A DNA stretch of 64,000 nt from Gemmatimonadota bacterium. GTDB lineage: Bacteria > Gemmatimonadota > Gemmatimonadetes > Longimicrobiales > RSA9. Each line of letters starts with the position of its first letter. The stretch's first letter is position 1. Positions 56,627 to 64,000 of the stretch are shown piece after piece. The position numbers and the translations under genes are program-made. The notes beneath the pieces were generated by a model. That model was not told the origin of the DNA. It saw only the letters and a list, made by a program, of their open reading frames with translations, and did not search any database. The stretch covers positions 31,726-95,725 of the forward strand of contig JBBDRO010000032.1 of the NCBI GenBank assembly GCA_040905425.1, read 5' to 3'.

Positions 56627-57886
56627 ATGGCGCGTACCGAGGTGAGCACGGAGTGGCGGCTGGTCTACGCCGGTGTGGTACTGGTGGTGGCGGCGCTCCT
56701 CCTGTGGAGCGTGCAGTCGGTCCTCTCCCCCGTACCGCTCTATCTGCTGCTCCTGCTCCTGCTGGTACCCTACACCGGCACCGACCGGCACGTGCTGCTG
56801 GTCTCCGGCGCGAGCCTGCTGATTCTGGTGTGGATGCTCGTGGCTCTGGGCGGCCTGCTCGCGCCCTTCATCCTGGCCTTCGTAGTAGCCTACATCCTGG
56901 ACCCGGCGGTGGACCGCCTCGAGCGCCGCGGGGTGCCCCGGGGCGTGGGCGTGGCGCTGTTCGGCCTGCCGGTGCTGGCGCTGCTCGTGCTGGCGGTGAT
57001 CTTCGGCGTTCCGGCGCTGCTGGCGCAGCTCGATGCCTTCCTCTCCCGGGTCCCGGAGGGCGTGGCCCGCTTCAGCGCCTGGGCGGAGGGGCTGGACGAG
57101 CGGGCCGCGGGTTCGCGGCTGCCCGGACCGCTGGCCGCGGCCGTTCAGGAACTGGCGGGGCGACTCACGCCGGAGGCGGCGGCCCGCTTCATCCAGGAGC
57201 GCCAGGAGGTGATCGGCCGCATTGCGCTGGACGGCTTGCTCGGCGTGGGCCGCGGGGTGGGCATCGTGCTCTCCATCATCGGCTACCTGGTCCTCACCCC
57301 GGTTCTGATCGTCTATCTGCTGCGCGACTTCGACGGCGTCACCGCGCACGCCAAGACGCTCATACCGGCTCCGCGGCAGGCGTCCTGGCTGCGCTTCCTG
57401 GGCGAATACGACGGTCTGCTCTCCCGTTACCTGCGGGGACAGGTCGTGGCCGCCACCATCGTGGGCGTGCTCACCTGGCTGGGGCTCTGGGCGGCCGGGT
57501 TCCCCTACCCGGCGGTGGTCGGCGCCGTGGCCGGGGTCTTCAACCTGGTGCCCTACCTGGGGCTGGTGGTAAGCGCCATACCGGCCCTGATCATCGCCGC
57601 GCTCTCGGGCGCTTTCCTGACCAACCTGGTGAAGGCCGCGGTGGTCTTCGGCGTGGTCCAGCTCATTGACGGAACGGTGACCGGCCCCCGCATCGTGGGC
57701 GGTTCGGTGGGGCTGCACCCGGTCTGGGTGTTGCTGGCGCTGGCGGTGGGCAGCTTCTTCTTCGGCTTCGTGGGTTTGCTCATTGCCATGCCGGCCGCGG
57801 TGCTCATCAAACTGCTGGTGCGGAATGGCCTCGCGCGCTGGCGGCAGTCCGCGGTGTACCGCGGTGAGGAAGGGGCGGCCCCCTGA
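56627..57886 (+). CDS. AI-2E family transporter
   Basis: PFILAFVVAYILDP, YLRGQ, LVPYLG, PRIVGGSVGLHP. Confidence 0.9.
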   Translation: MARTEVSTEWRLVYAGVVLVVAALLLWSVQSVLSPVPLYLLLLLLLVPYTGTDRHVLLVSGASLLILVWMLVALGGLLAPFILAFVVAYILDPAVDRLERRGVPRGVGVALFGLPVLALLVLAVIFGVPALLAQLDAFLSRVPEGVARFSAWAEGLDERAAGSRLPGPLAAAVQELAGRLTPEAAARFIQERQEVIGRIALDGLLGVGRGVGIVLSIIGYLVLTPVLIVYLLRDFDGVTAHAKTLIPAPRQASWLRFLGEYDGLLSRYLRGQVVAATIVGVLTWLGLWAAGFPYPAVVGAVAGVFNLVPYLGLVVSAIPALIIAALSGAFLTNLVKAAVVFGVVQLIDGTVTGPRIVGGSVGLHPVWVLLALAVGSFFFGFVGLLIAMPAAVLIKLLVRNGLARWRQSAVYRGEEGAAP

Positions 57887-58043
57887 GGCTGTTTTCAAGC
57901 GACGATGCCCGGATACCGCCGGCGTCGAGACGCACCCGCGCGGCCGTTTTCTTGCGCTCCCCGGCAGCGTCCGCTAGCGTGCGCCCCGCTCGTTCGTCGT
58001 GGCCGGCGCGCCGCGGCGGACCCTCTCCGGCAACGCGATCGGC

Positions 58044-59081
58044 ATGACTGCAGAATACAGGGACCTGACCATCATCGGCGGCGGGCCGACCGGCCTCTTT
58101 GCCGCGTTCTACGCGGGCATGCGCGGGATCACCTGCCGCATCATCGACTCGCTCCCCGAGCTGGGCGGCCAGCTCACGGCGCTCTATCCGGAGAAGTACG
58201 TCTACGACGTGGGTGGCTTCCCGCGCATCCTGGCGCGCGACCTGGCCCGCGACCTGATCGAGCAGGGCCTGCAGTTCGAGCCCGACGTACGCCTGGAGGA
58301 GCAGGTGCTGGAGCTGGACCGGGAGGGCGACGGCTGGATGGTGGGCACGGACGGCGGCCGCTACCCCGGCCGCTGCGTGCTCATTGCCGGCGGCAAGGGC
58401 GCGTTCAGCCCCCGCGCCCTGGAGTGCCCGGGCTATGACGACCTGCTCGGCAAGGGCGTGGCCTACCACGTGAAGGACCCCGTGCACTACGCGGGCAAGC
58501 GTCTGCTCATCGTGGGCGGGGGCGACTCCGCCGTGGACTGGGTGCTGAACCTGCGTGGCCAGGCCGAGCGCCTGGTGCTCATCCATCGGCGAGAGGGTTT
58601 CCGGGCCCATGCGGCTTCGATGCGCCAGCTGCACGAGGGTGTGGAGAGCGGCGAGATCGAGTTGCTCACGCACCGGGAAGTGCGCACTATTCACGGGGAG
58701 AGGTGCGTCACGGGCGCCACCATCTACGACAATCGCACCGATGAGGACGAGTATCTGGAGGTGGACGCGGTGCTCTCCCTCATCGGTTTTCGCCCGGATC
58801 TGGGTCCCATCGGGAGCTGGGGTCTGGAACTGGAGCGCAACAGCATTCGCGTGAACCACCTGCTGGAAACGAACCTGCAGGGGGTCTACGCGGCCGGGGA
58901 TATTGCCACCTACGAGGGCAAGCTGGAACTCATTGTCACCGGCTTCAGCGAGGCGGCCATGGCGGTGAACCACGCCGTGCACGCCATCGATCCCGGGGCG
59001 CGCTACAATCCCGGCCACTCCACGAACCTGAAGGTGTTCAAACAGCGCGAGGCCGAGGAGCAGGCGGAGGCGCAGTCATGA
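58044..59081 (+). CDS. Ferredoxin-NADP(+) reductase (TrxB-like, YumC type)
   Basis: GGGPTG, GGQLTALYPEKYVYDVGGF, GGGDSAVDW, GHST; no CxxC. Confidence 0.88.
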   Translation: MTAEYRDLTIIGGGPTGLFAAFYAGMRGITCRIIDSLPELGGQLTALYPEKYVYDVGGFPRILARDLARDLIEQGLQFEPDVRLEEQVLELDREGDGWMVGTDGGRYPGRCVLIAGGKGAFSPRALECPGYDDLLGKGVAYHVKDPVHYAGKRLLIVGGGDSAVDWVLNLRGQAERLVLIHRREGFRAHAASMRQLHEGVESGEIELLTHREVRTIHGERCVTGATIYDNRTDEDEYLEVDAVLSLIGFRPDLGPIGSWGLELERNSIRVNHLLETNLQGVYAAGDIATYEGKLELIVTGFSEAAMAVNHAVHAIDPGARYNPGHSTNLKVFKQREAEEQAEAQS

Positions 59082-59160
59082 CGAAGCGCCTGGCACATTT
59101 CATGTATCACTCGGACCGTTCCTGTCCCGGTCGGATGTCCATTCCCGCACACCGCTGGCC

Positions 59161-59547
59161 ATGACCGAAAACGCTGCCAAGACGGTTCTCCTGGTCGAGG
59201 ACAACGAGGACAACCTCGTGGTCTACCGCACCATACTGGAGCATGTGGGCTATCGAGTGATCGAGGCGCGCGACGGGGAGGAGGGCGTGGCGGCGGCTCG
59301 GGAACACCACCCGGACCTCATCCTGATGGACATCTCCATCCCGAAGATCGATGGCTGGGAGGCCACGAAGCGCCTCAAGGCGGACGATGCGACCCGCGCC
59401 ATTCCGATCATTGCCCTGACTGCCCACGCGCTGGAGGAGGATCGCCAGAAGGCAACGGATGCCGGCTGTGACGGCTACCTGGCCAAGCCGGTGGAGCCGC
59501 GCCGCGTGGTTCAGGAGGTGGAGCAGTTCGTGGGCGCGCCAGGCTAG
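59161..59547 (+). CDS. Single-domain response regulator (DivK/CheY-like)
   Basis: VEDN, ILMDI, ALTAHA, KP. Confidence 0.92.
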   Translation: MTENAAKTVLLVEDNEDNLVVYRTILEHVGYRVIEARDGEEGVAAAREHHPDLILMDISIPKIDGWEATKRLKADDATRAIPIIALTAHALEEDRQKATDAGCDGYLAKPVEPRRVVQEVEQFVGAPG

Positions 59548-59577
59548 AGGGCGTGGCGGTCTGAGACGGGACGCGGC

Positions 59578-61539
59578 TCAGAGCAGCACGCGGGCCAGGT
59601 ACGCGCCGCCGTATGCCAGCACGAGCATGTAGGTCCACTGCAGTGCCGGCCACTTCCAGCCCCCCGTTTCCCTGTGCATCACCGCGATGGTGGAGGTGCA
59701 TTGCAGGGCGAAGGCAAAGAAGATCATGAGCCCCACCGCCGCGTCGAAGTCCAGGTCCCGCTTCAGGGTGTCCTGGATCTCCAGCGATTCCTCCGAGGCG
59801 TCCTCCACCCCGTAGATCGTCCCCAACGTGCCCACGATCACCTCGCGCGCCGCCAGCGAGGAGACCAGCCCCACGCCGATGCGCCAGTCGAAGCCCAGCG
59901 GCGCGATGGCCGGCTCGATCACCTTGCCCATGGTGCCGAGCGCGCTCTCCCCGATGGGCGGCGGCGCGCCGTCCACCCGGGGGAACTGGGCCAGCGCCCA
60001 CAGGATGATGGTCACGGCCAGGATGATCCGCCCCACGCGCTTCACGAAGATGCCGCTCCGGTCCCACAGGCGCAGCGCGAGGGAGCGCAGCGTGGGCAGC
60101 CGGTAGGGCGGCAGCTCCATGACAAAGGTGGAGCGGCCGCCACGCAGCAGGGTGCGCTTGAGCGCGAACGCCGTCAGCACCGCCGCCAGCGCCCCCAGCG
60201 CGTAGAGGCCGAGCAGCGTGGCGGCGCGTGTGCCCAGGAACGGTCCCAGCAGCGCTCGCTCGGGGATGAACGCCGCGATGAGGAGCGCGTAGACGGGCAG
60301 GCGCGCCGAGCACGTCATGAACGGCGCCACGAAGATGGTGGCCAGCCGGTCCCGCTCGTCCTCCACGGTGCGGGCCGCCAGGATGGCCGGAACGGCGCAC
60401 GCGAAGGCGGACAGCAGCGGCAGGAAGGCACGCCCCTGGAGTCCCACCCGGTACATGGAGCGATCGGCGATGACGGCGGCCCGCGCCATGTAGCCCGAGT
60501 CCTCCAGCACGCCGATGAAGAGGAAGAGAATCAGGATCTGGGGCAGGAAGACCAGCACCGCCCCCACTCCCATCCAGACGCCGTCGATGAGCAGCGAGCG
60601 GAACCAGCTGGCCGGCAGGGCGCCGGCAATCCACTCGCCTGACGTGGTGACCATGAGTTCGACCAGGTCCATGGCCGGCGTGGCCCACGTGAAGATGGCC
60701 TGGAAGACGAGCGCCACTACCATCAGGAAGACCAGCGGTCCCCCGACGCGGTGCAGGAAGACGGCATCCAGGCGCTCGGACCAGCGGTGCGGCAGCGGGG
60801 CGCGGAAGCTCGCGCGTTGGGCCGTCACCCGTACGCGGCCGCGGCGGTTCACGAAAACGTCCACTACCGGCAGGTCCACGCGGCGCGCGGGCTGGCTGTC
60901 GGGACCTGGCCGGCCGGGATGGGAAGGTGGCTCGGGCGGGGCGGGGCGGGGCGCTCCGGCGGCCCCGCGTGCGGCGTCCGCCAGGAAGGCGCGCACCCGC
61001 TCCACACCGACCCCCAGCCGCGCGTTGACCCGCACCACCCGGACGCCCAGTTCCGCCGCCAGCGCGGCGTCATCCACCGAGCCGCCGCCTGCTTCCAGCT
61101 CGTCGGCCATGGTGAGCACCAGGAGCGTGGGCACGTCCATGGCCAGCACCGGCTCCACGAGCATGAGCTGCGGCTCGAGGCGGGTAGAGTCCACCGTGAG
61201 CACCAGCGCGTCGGGCTTCTTCAGCCCTGCGGCCTTGCCCTGCAGCACGTCGCGGGTGACCCGTTCGTCCTGCGTGCGGGCGGAGAAGCCGTTGATGCCC
61301 GGGAGGTCCACCAGCAGCGCCTGGCCACCGCCCGGCAGGCGCGCCCAGCCCAGGTGCTTCTCCACCGTCACGCCCGGGTAGTTGGCTACCTTCTGGCGCA
61401 GGCCGGTGAGCTGATTGAAGAGGGTGGTCTTGCCGGAGTTCGGAGGTCCGACGAGTGCCACGAGGGGGGCGGTGGCGCTCGGCTCGGGCGGTGTGGCGCC
61501 GGTGCGCCGGTGATCGCGCGGCGGTGATGCGGTGGGCAC
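59578..61539 (-). CDS. feoB: Ferrous iron transporter B
   Basis: GPPNSGKT, NYPGVT, DLPG, LEDSGYMARAA, PFMTCSARLP. Confidence 0.95.
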   Translation of the reverse strand: MPTASPPRDHRRTGATPPEPSATAPLVALVGPPNSGKTTLFNQLTGLRQKVANYPGVTVEKHLGWARLPGGGQALLVDLPGINGFSARTQDERVTRDVLQGKAAGLKKPDALVLTVDSTRLEPQLMLVEPVLAMDVPTLLVLTMADELEAGGGSVDDAALAAELGVRVVRVNARLGVGVERVRAFLADAARGAAGAPRPAPPEPPSHPGRPGPDSQPARRVDLPVVDVFVNRRGRVRVTAQRASFRAPLPHRWSERLDAVFLHRVGGPLVFLMVVALVFQAIFTWATPAMDLVELMVTTSGEWIAGALPASWFRSLLIDGVWMGVGAVLVFLPQILILFLFIGVLEDSGYMARAAVIADRSMYRVGLQGRAFLPLLSAFACAVPAILAARTVEDERDRLATIFVAPFMTCSARLPVYALLIAAFIPERALLGPFLGTRAATLLGLYALGALAAVLTAFALKRTLLRGGRSTFVMELPPYRLPTLRSLALRLWDRSGIFVKRVGRIILAVTIILWALAQFPRVDGAPPPIGESALGTMGKVIEPAIAPLGFDWRIGVGLVSSLAAREVIVGTLGTIYGVEDASEESLEIQDTLKRDLDFDAAVGLMIFFAFALQCTSTIAVMHRETGGWKWPALQWTYMLVLAYGGAYLARVLL

Positions 61540-61560
61540 GGCGCTTTCAGGGACGCGGCA

Positions 61561-62025
61561 CTACGCCGCGTCGGGCTCGGTGTGCTTGACGCAGAGACAG
61601 CCCGCCATCTCGCGGCGCACCGCGACCAGCAGTCCGTCGACCAGCAGGATGGGATCACCGGAGGGCGAACGGCGCACAGGACAGAGCCGGCAACCGGGCA
61701 GGATGCCGCGCTCGAGGAGCGGCTCCAGTTCGTGATCCGGCAGATCGATGCGCACCAACTCCACGTCCTGGCGCAGCGGAATGTCCGCCAGCCGGAGCTC
61801 CACCGCCTTGCGTATGGGGCAGCTACACGTCCCGTGGCACAGGGGGCAGCCGGCGCCGGCCCTGTCGGGGGCCGCATCGCCGCCCGTGTCGCGGACCGCA
61901 TCCGGAGGCGTGGACGCACGCGGGGGCGCGGTTGTGTGCGCGGCCGCGGCTGTGCGCGCGGCCGTGGATGCGCGCGCCGCCTTCCTCTGCTGCACGAACC
62001 TGCGGATCACGGGCTGCTCCCTCAC
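61561..62025 (-). CDS. feoA: FeoA family protein with Cys-rich N-terminal extension (start uncertain)
   Basis: LLERGILPG, SPSGDPI, AVRR; directly upstream of feoB. Confidence 0.85.
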   Translation of the reverse strand: MREQPVIRRFVQQRKAARASTAARTAAAAHTTAPPRASTPPDAVRDTGGDAAPDRAGAGCPLCHGTCSCPIRKAVELRLADIPLRQDVELVRIDLPDHELEPLLERGILPGCRLCPVRRSPSGDPILLVDGLLVAVRREMAGCLCVKHTEPDAA

Positions 62026-62027
62026 TT

Positions 62028-62046
62028 GATGAGAATGAGTCTCAAT
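62028..62046. promoter_or_regulatory. Fur-box-like operator
   Basis: 7-1-7 inverted repeat TGAGAAT-G-AGTCTCA resembling TGATAAT-N-ATTATCA, immediately upstream of feoA. Confidence 0.8.
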
Positions 62047-62094
62047 CGAAGCTTAACGGGGCCGGCCCGAGTACGCAACGGGGGAGGAGTGCCT

Positions 62095-62140
62095 CGCGGG
62101 CCGGGCTGGCTACCAGGCGCGGGCCGGGCTGGCTACCAGG
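62095..62140. repeat. Exact 23-bp tandem duplication spanning the stop codon of the 62133..62849 gene
   Basis: CGCGGGCCGGGCTGGCTACCAGG x2. Confidence 0.8.
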
Positions 62141-62849
62141 CGATCCAGCGGTCGATGGCACGCAGCGCCGCCAGTGCCCCTGCCTCCTCGATCGAGCGGA
62201 CGGGTTCCACCGCCACCAAGCCCGACAGGGTGGCCACGCGGCGGCCGGCCGCCGCCTCCACGGAGAGCGCCACGTGCCGCCTGCCGAAGAGTTCCACCGT
62301 GGTGGCCCCCTCGAGCCCGAAGGCCATGCCCTCCACGGCGGCGCTGGCCGCGTCGAGGGCCGCGCGCGCGCCGGCCCGCGCGCGCCCCGGCTCGGAGTCC
62401 AGTTCCTCACCGCTGCCCTCGAAAAGCGCCTCGCCGCGCCGCAGACGGACCGTGCAGGTGACGCGTGGACCGGAGCGGACTACGGACAGATCCGAGAGGA
62501 CCAGGTAGCGGCTACGCACAGCGGCCGGCCTGCCGTTCGAGCCGGGTGGCTCGGGGCGCGGGGGCCTGGCGGATGCGGATCGCGTCGCCTCCGCCGATGC
62601 GGAGACCACACGGATGGCTTCGGGCGCGAAGTCGTAGCCGCCGTGTCTCAGGACGTGGCCCGCGGCGTTGGTCAGGATGGCGTGCGCCGCCCCCGCGGCG
62701 GCGCGGATGCGGAGTTCCGTGACCTCCCGCGCCCCACCCAGGACAACGGTGGCGTCCCGCACGCCGGGCAGCGCCTCCACCTCGCGCGCCAGACGGTGGG
62801 CGGCCGCGTGGCGATCCTCCTCCGGCGGAGCGGGGGTGTCACGGCTCAT
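62133..62849 (-). CDS. Hypothetical protein, paralog of the upstream gene
   Basis: Shares GxG..R..AARA, GLEGA, GR, EEA..LAAL.A..RW with 62846..63520; ATGA overlap. Confidence 0.75.
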   Translation of the reverse strand: MSRDTPAPPEEDRHAAAHRLAREVEALPGVRDATVVLGGAREVTELRIRAAAGAAHAILTNAAGHVLRHGGYDFAPEAIRVVSASAEATRSASARPPRPEPPGSNGRPAAVRSRYLVLSDLSVVRSGPRVTCTVRLRRGEALFEGSGEELDSEPGRARAGARAALDAASAAVEGMAFGLEGATTVELFGRRHVALSVEAAAGRRVATLSGLVAVEPVRSIEEAGALAALRAIDRWIAW

Positions 62850-63520
62850 GCGTCCGTGCCCGTCCAGCGATTGCACGCCTGCAGGGCGGCCAGGATGGCC
62901 GCCTCCTCCGGGGAGCGGGAAAGTTCGGCCACCCCCGTGAGGGTGGCGCTGTCGCGGCCCTCAAGCGCCAGGGCGGACACCATCACCCAGGTGCGGCCAC
63001 CCGCCTCCACCAGCGCCGCTCCCTCCAGGCCCACGTCGTCATTGTCACGCGCGGCGGCCAGCGCGGCGAACACCGCCCGCGCCGCGGCCTGCGCACGGCC
63101 GCTCGGCGTGCCGGGGCCGGCGCCGGAGCCACCGAAGCGGGTCTCGCCGCGCCGCAGCGTCACCTGGCACGTGCAGTCGGCGTTGGGCTGGCTGCGCGCG
63201 TCGTAGGTCTCGAAGACCAGCCGTTCGCGGACGCGCGGCGTGTGCTCGGCGGGCTCCTCCGGACCGGGCAGGCGGCCCAGGCGGCTCTGCGCCACGCTGA
63301 TGATGCGGCGGTCCACCGTTTCGTCGAGTCCGGCGCTCAGGGCGGACTCGATGTTCCGCACCACCTGCTTTGGATGGAGGTGCGCCGCGGCCAGCACGTG
63401 GATCTCCCGCAGCTGTTGCAGCCCGTCGACCAGCACGCGCACCGAAAGGACGCCGTGCAGCGCTCGAATGAGGCGCTCGGCTTCGGGGTACGGCCGAAGT
63501 GGTGAGGTGTCGATCTGCAT
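62846..63520 (-). CDS. Hypothetical protein (two-domain)
   Basis: GGGAG RBS; EIHVLA...PKQVVRNIESAL...VDRRIISVAQ. Confidence 0.75.
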   Translation of the reverse strand: MQIDTSPLRPYPEAERLIRALHGVLSVRVLVDGLQQLREIHVLAAAHLHPKQVVRNIESALSAGLDETVDRRIISVAQSRLGRLPGPEEPAEHTPRVRERLVFETYDARSQPNADCTCQVTLRRGETRFGGSGAGPGTPSGRAQAAARAVFAALAAARDNDDVGLEGAALVEAGGRTWVMVSALALEGRDSATLTGVAELSRSPEEAAILAALQACNRWTGTDA

Positions 63521-63656
63521 AGGTCTCCCGGATGGGATCCAAGGTAGCACGGCCGTGGCTGGCGCGCACCGGGGATCCATCTAACTTTGCTCCGGGTCAG
63601 GGCGCCGGCCAGAGCGGTCGGGTGCTCCCGGTATGAAGGTGCTGTGCGGAGGCAAC

Positions 63657-64000
63657 ATGGCGGAGACGAAGCGAGAGACGCTGGTGATCATCGGATCGGG
63701 ACCGGCGGCCTGGACGGCGGCCATTTACGGTGCCCGCGCGAGCCTGAATCCGGTGGTCTACGAGGGCGAGCCGAGCCGGGAGATGATCCCGGGCGGCCAG
63801 CTCATGTACACCACGGAGGTGGAGAACTACCCCGGCTTTCCGGATGGCGTCACCGGCGCAGAGATGATGGACGCGTTCAAGCGGCAGGCGGTGCGCTTCG
63901 AAACCCGGGTGGTGTCGGAGAACATCACGGCCGTGGACTTCTCCCGGCACCCCTTCGTGCTGACACCCAGCTACGGCGAGCCGTTCGAGGCGCTCACCGT
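63657..64000 (+). CDS. trxB: Thioredoxin reductase, 3'-truncated by the window end
   Basis: [39 protein letters not shown] (not in the ORF track). Confidence 0.92.
   Translation, partial: MAETKRETLVIIGSGPAAWTAAIYGARASLNPVVYEGEPSREMIPGGQLMYTTEVENYPGFPDGVTGAEMMDAFKRQAVRFETRVVSENITAVDFSRHPFVLTPSYGEPFEALT

Noticed and set aside
58044..59081. Second thioredoxin reductase
   Set aside because: Lacks the redox CxxC and has ferredoxin-NADP reductase signatures (LYPEKY.YD, GHST).
62095..62140. 23-bp duplication as an att site or target-site duplication
   Set aside because: The copies are directly adjacent with nothing inserted; simple slippage or a local assembly artefact is enough.

Overview
High-GC bacterial chromosomal window; gene content and small hypothetical genes suggest Gemmatimonadota (inference). 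Most of it is housekeeping: PBP2, a LeuB-family dehydrogenase, thiolase/hbd/crotonase, an NSS transporter, ssb, a class IV aminotransferase, M16 and M28 peptidases, recF-dciA-gyrB, rho, mqnA-mlaEFD-lysC-asd, a ferredoxin-NADP reductase, feoAB with a Fur box, and a partial trxB. No rRNA, tRNA, CRISPR array or transposase was seen. Main points: (1) gyrB carries two inteins 66 codons apart in the TOPRIM domain, a 167-aa mini-intein and a 572-aa Ser-start intein with an XRE-type HTH plus a LAGLIDADG endonuclease. (2) Right after gyrB, an accessory region (about 31.8-42.8 kb) holds five beta-propeller-type lipoproteins. Three form a translationally coupled array with near-identical 5' DNA, a shared 3' tip and a variable core containing a Cys-closed variable loop. 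(3) The array is followed by an exported UxxC peroxiredoxin-like selenoprotein (in-frame TGA plus SECIS-like hairpin) that the ORF track splits in two. (4) Degenerate copies of the gyrB 3' end flank the first lipoprotein gene. (5) Tandem NrdR-like boxes precede a TPR-protein cluster rather than a ribonucleotide reductase gene. (6) One AI-2E transporter is broken by an apparent deletion and frameshift. All calls come from reading the sequence by eye; no searches were run.
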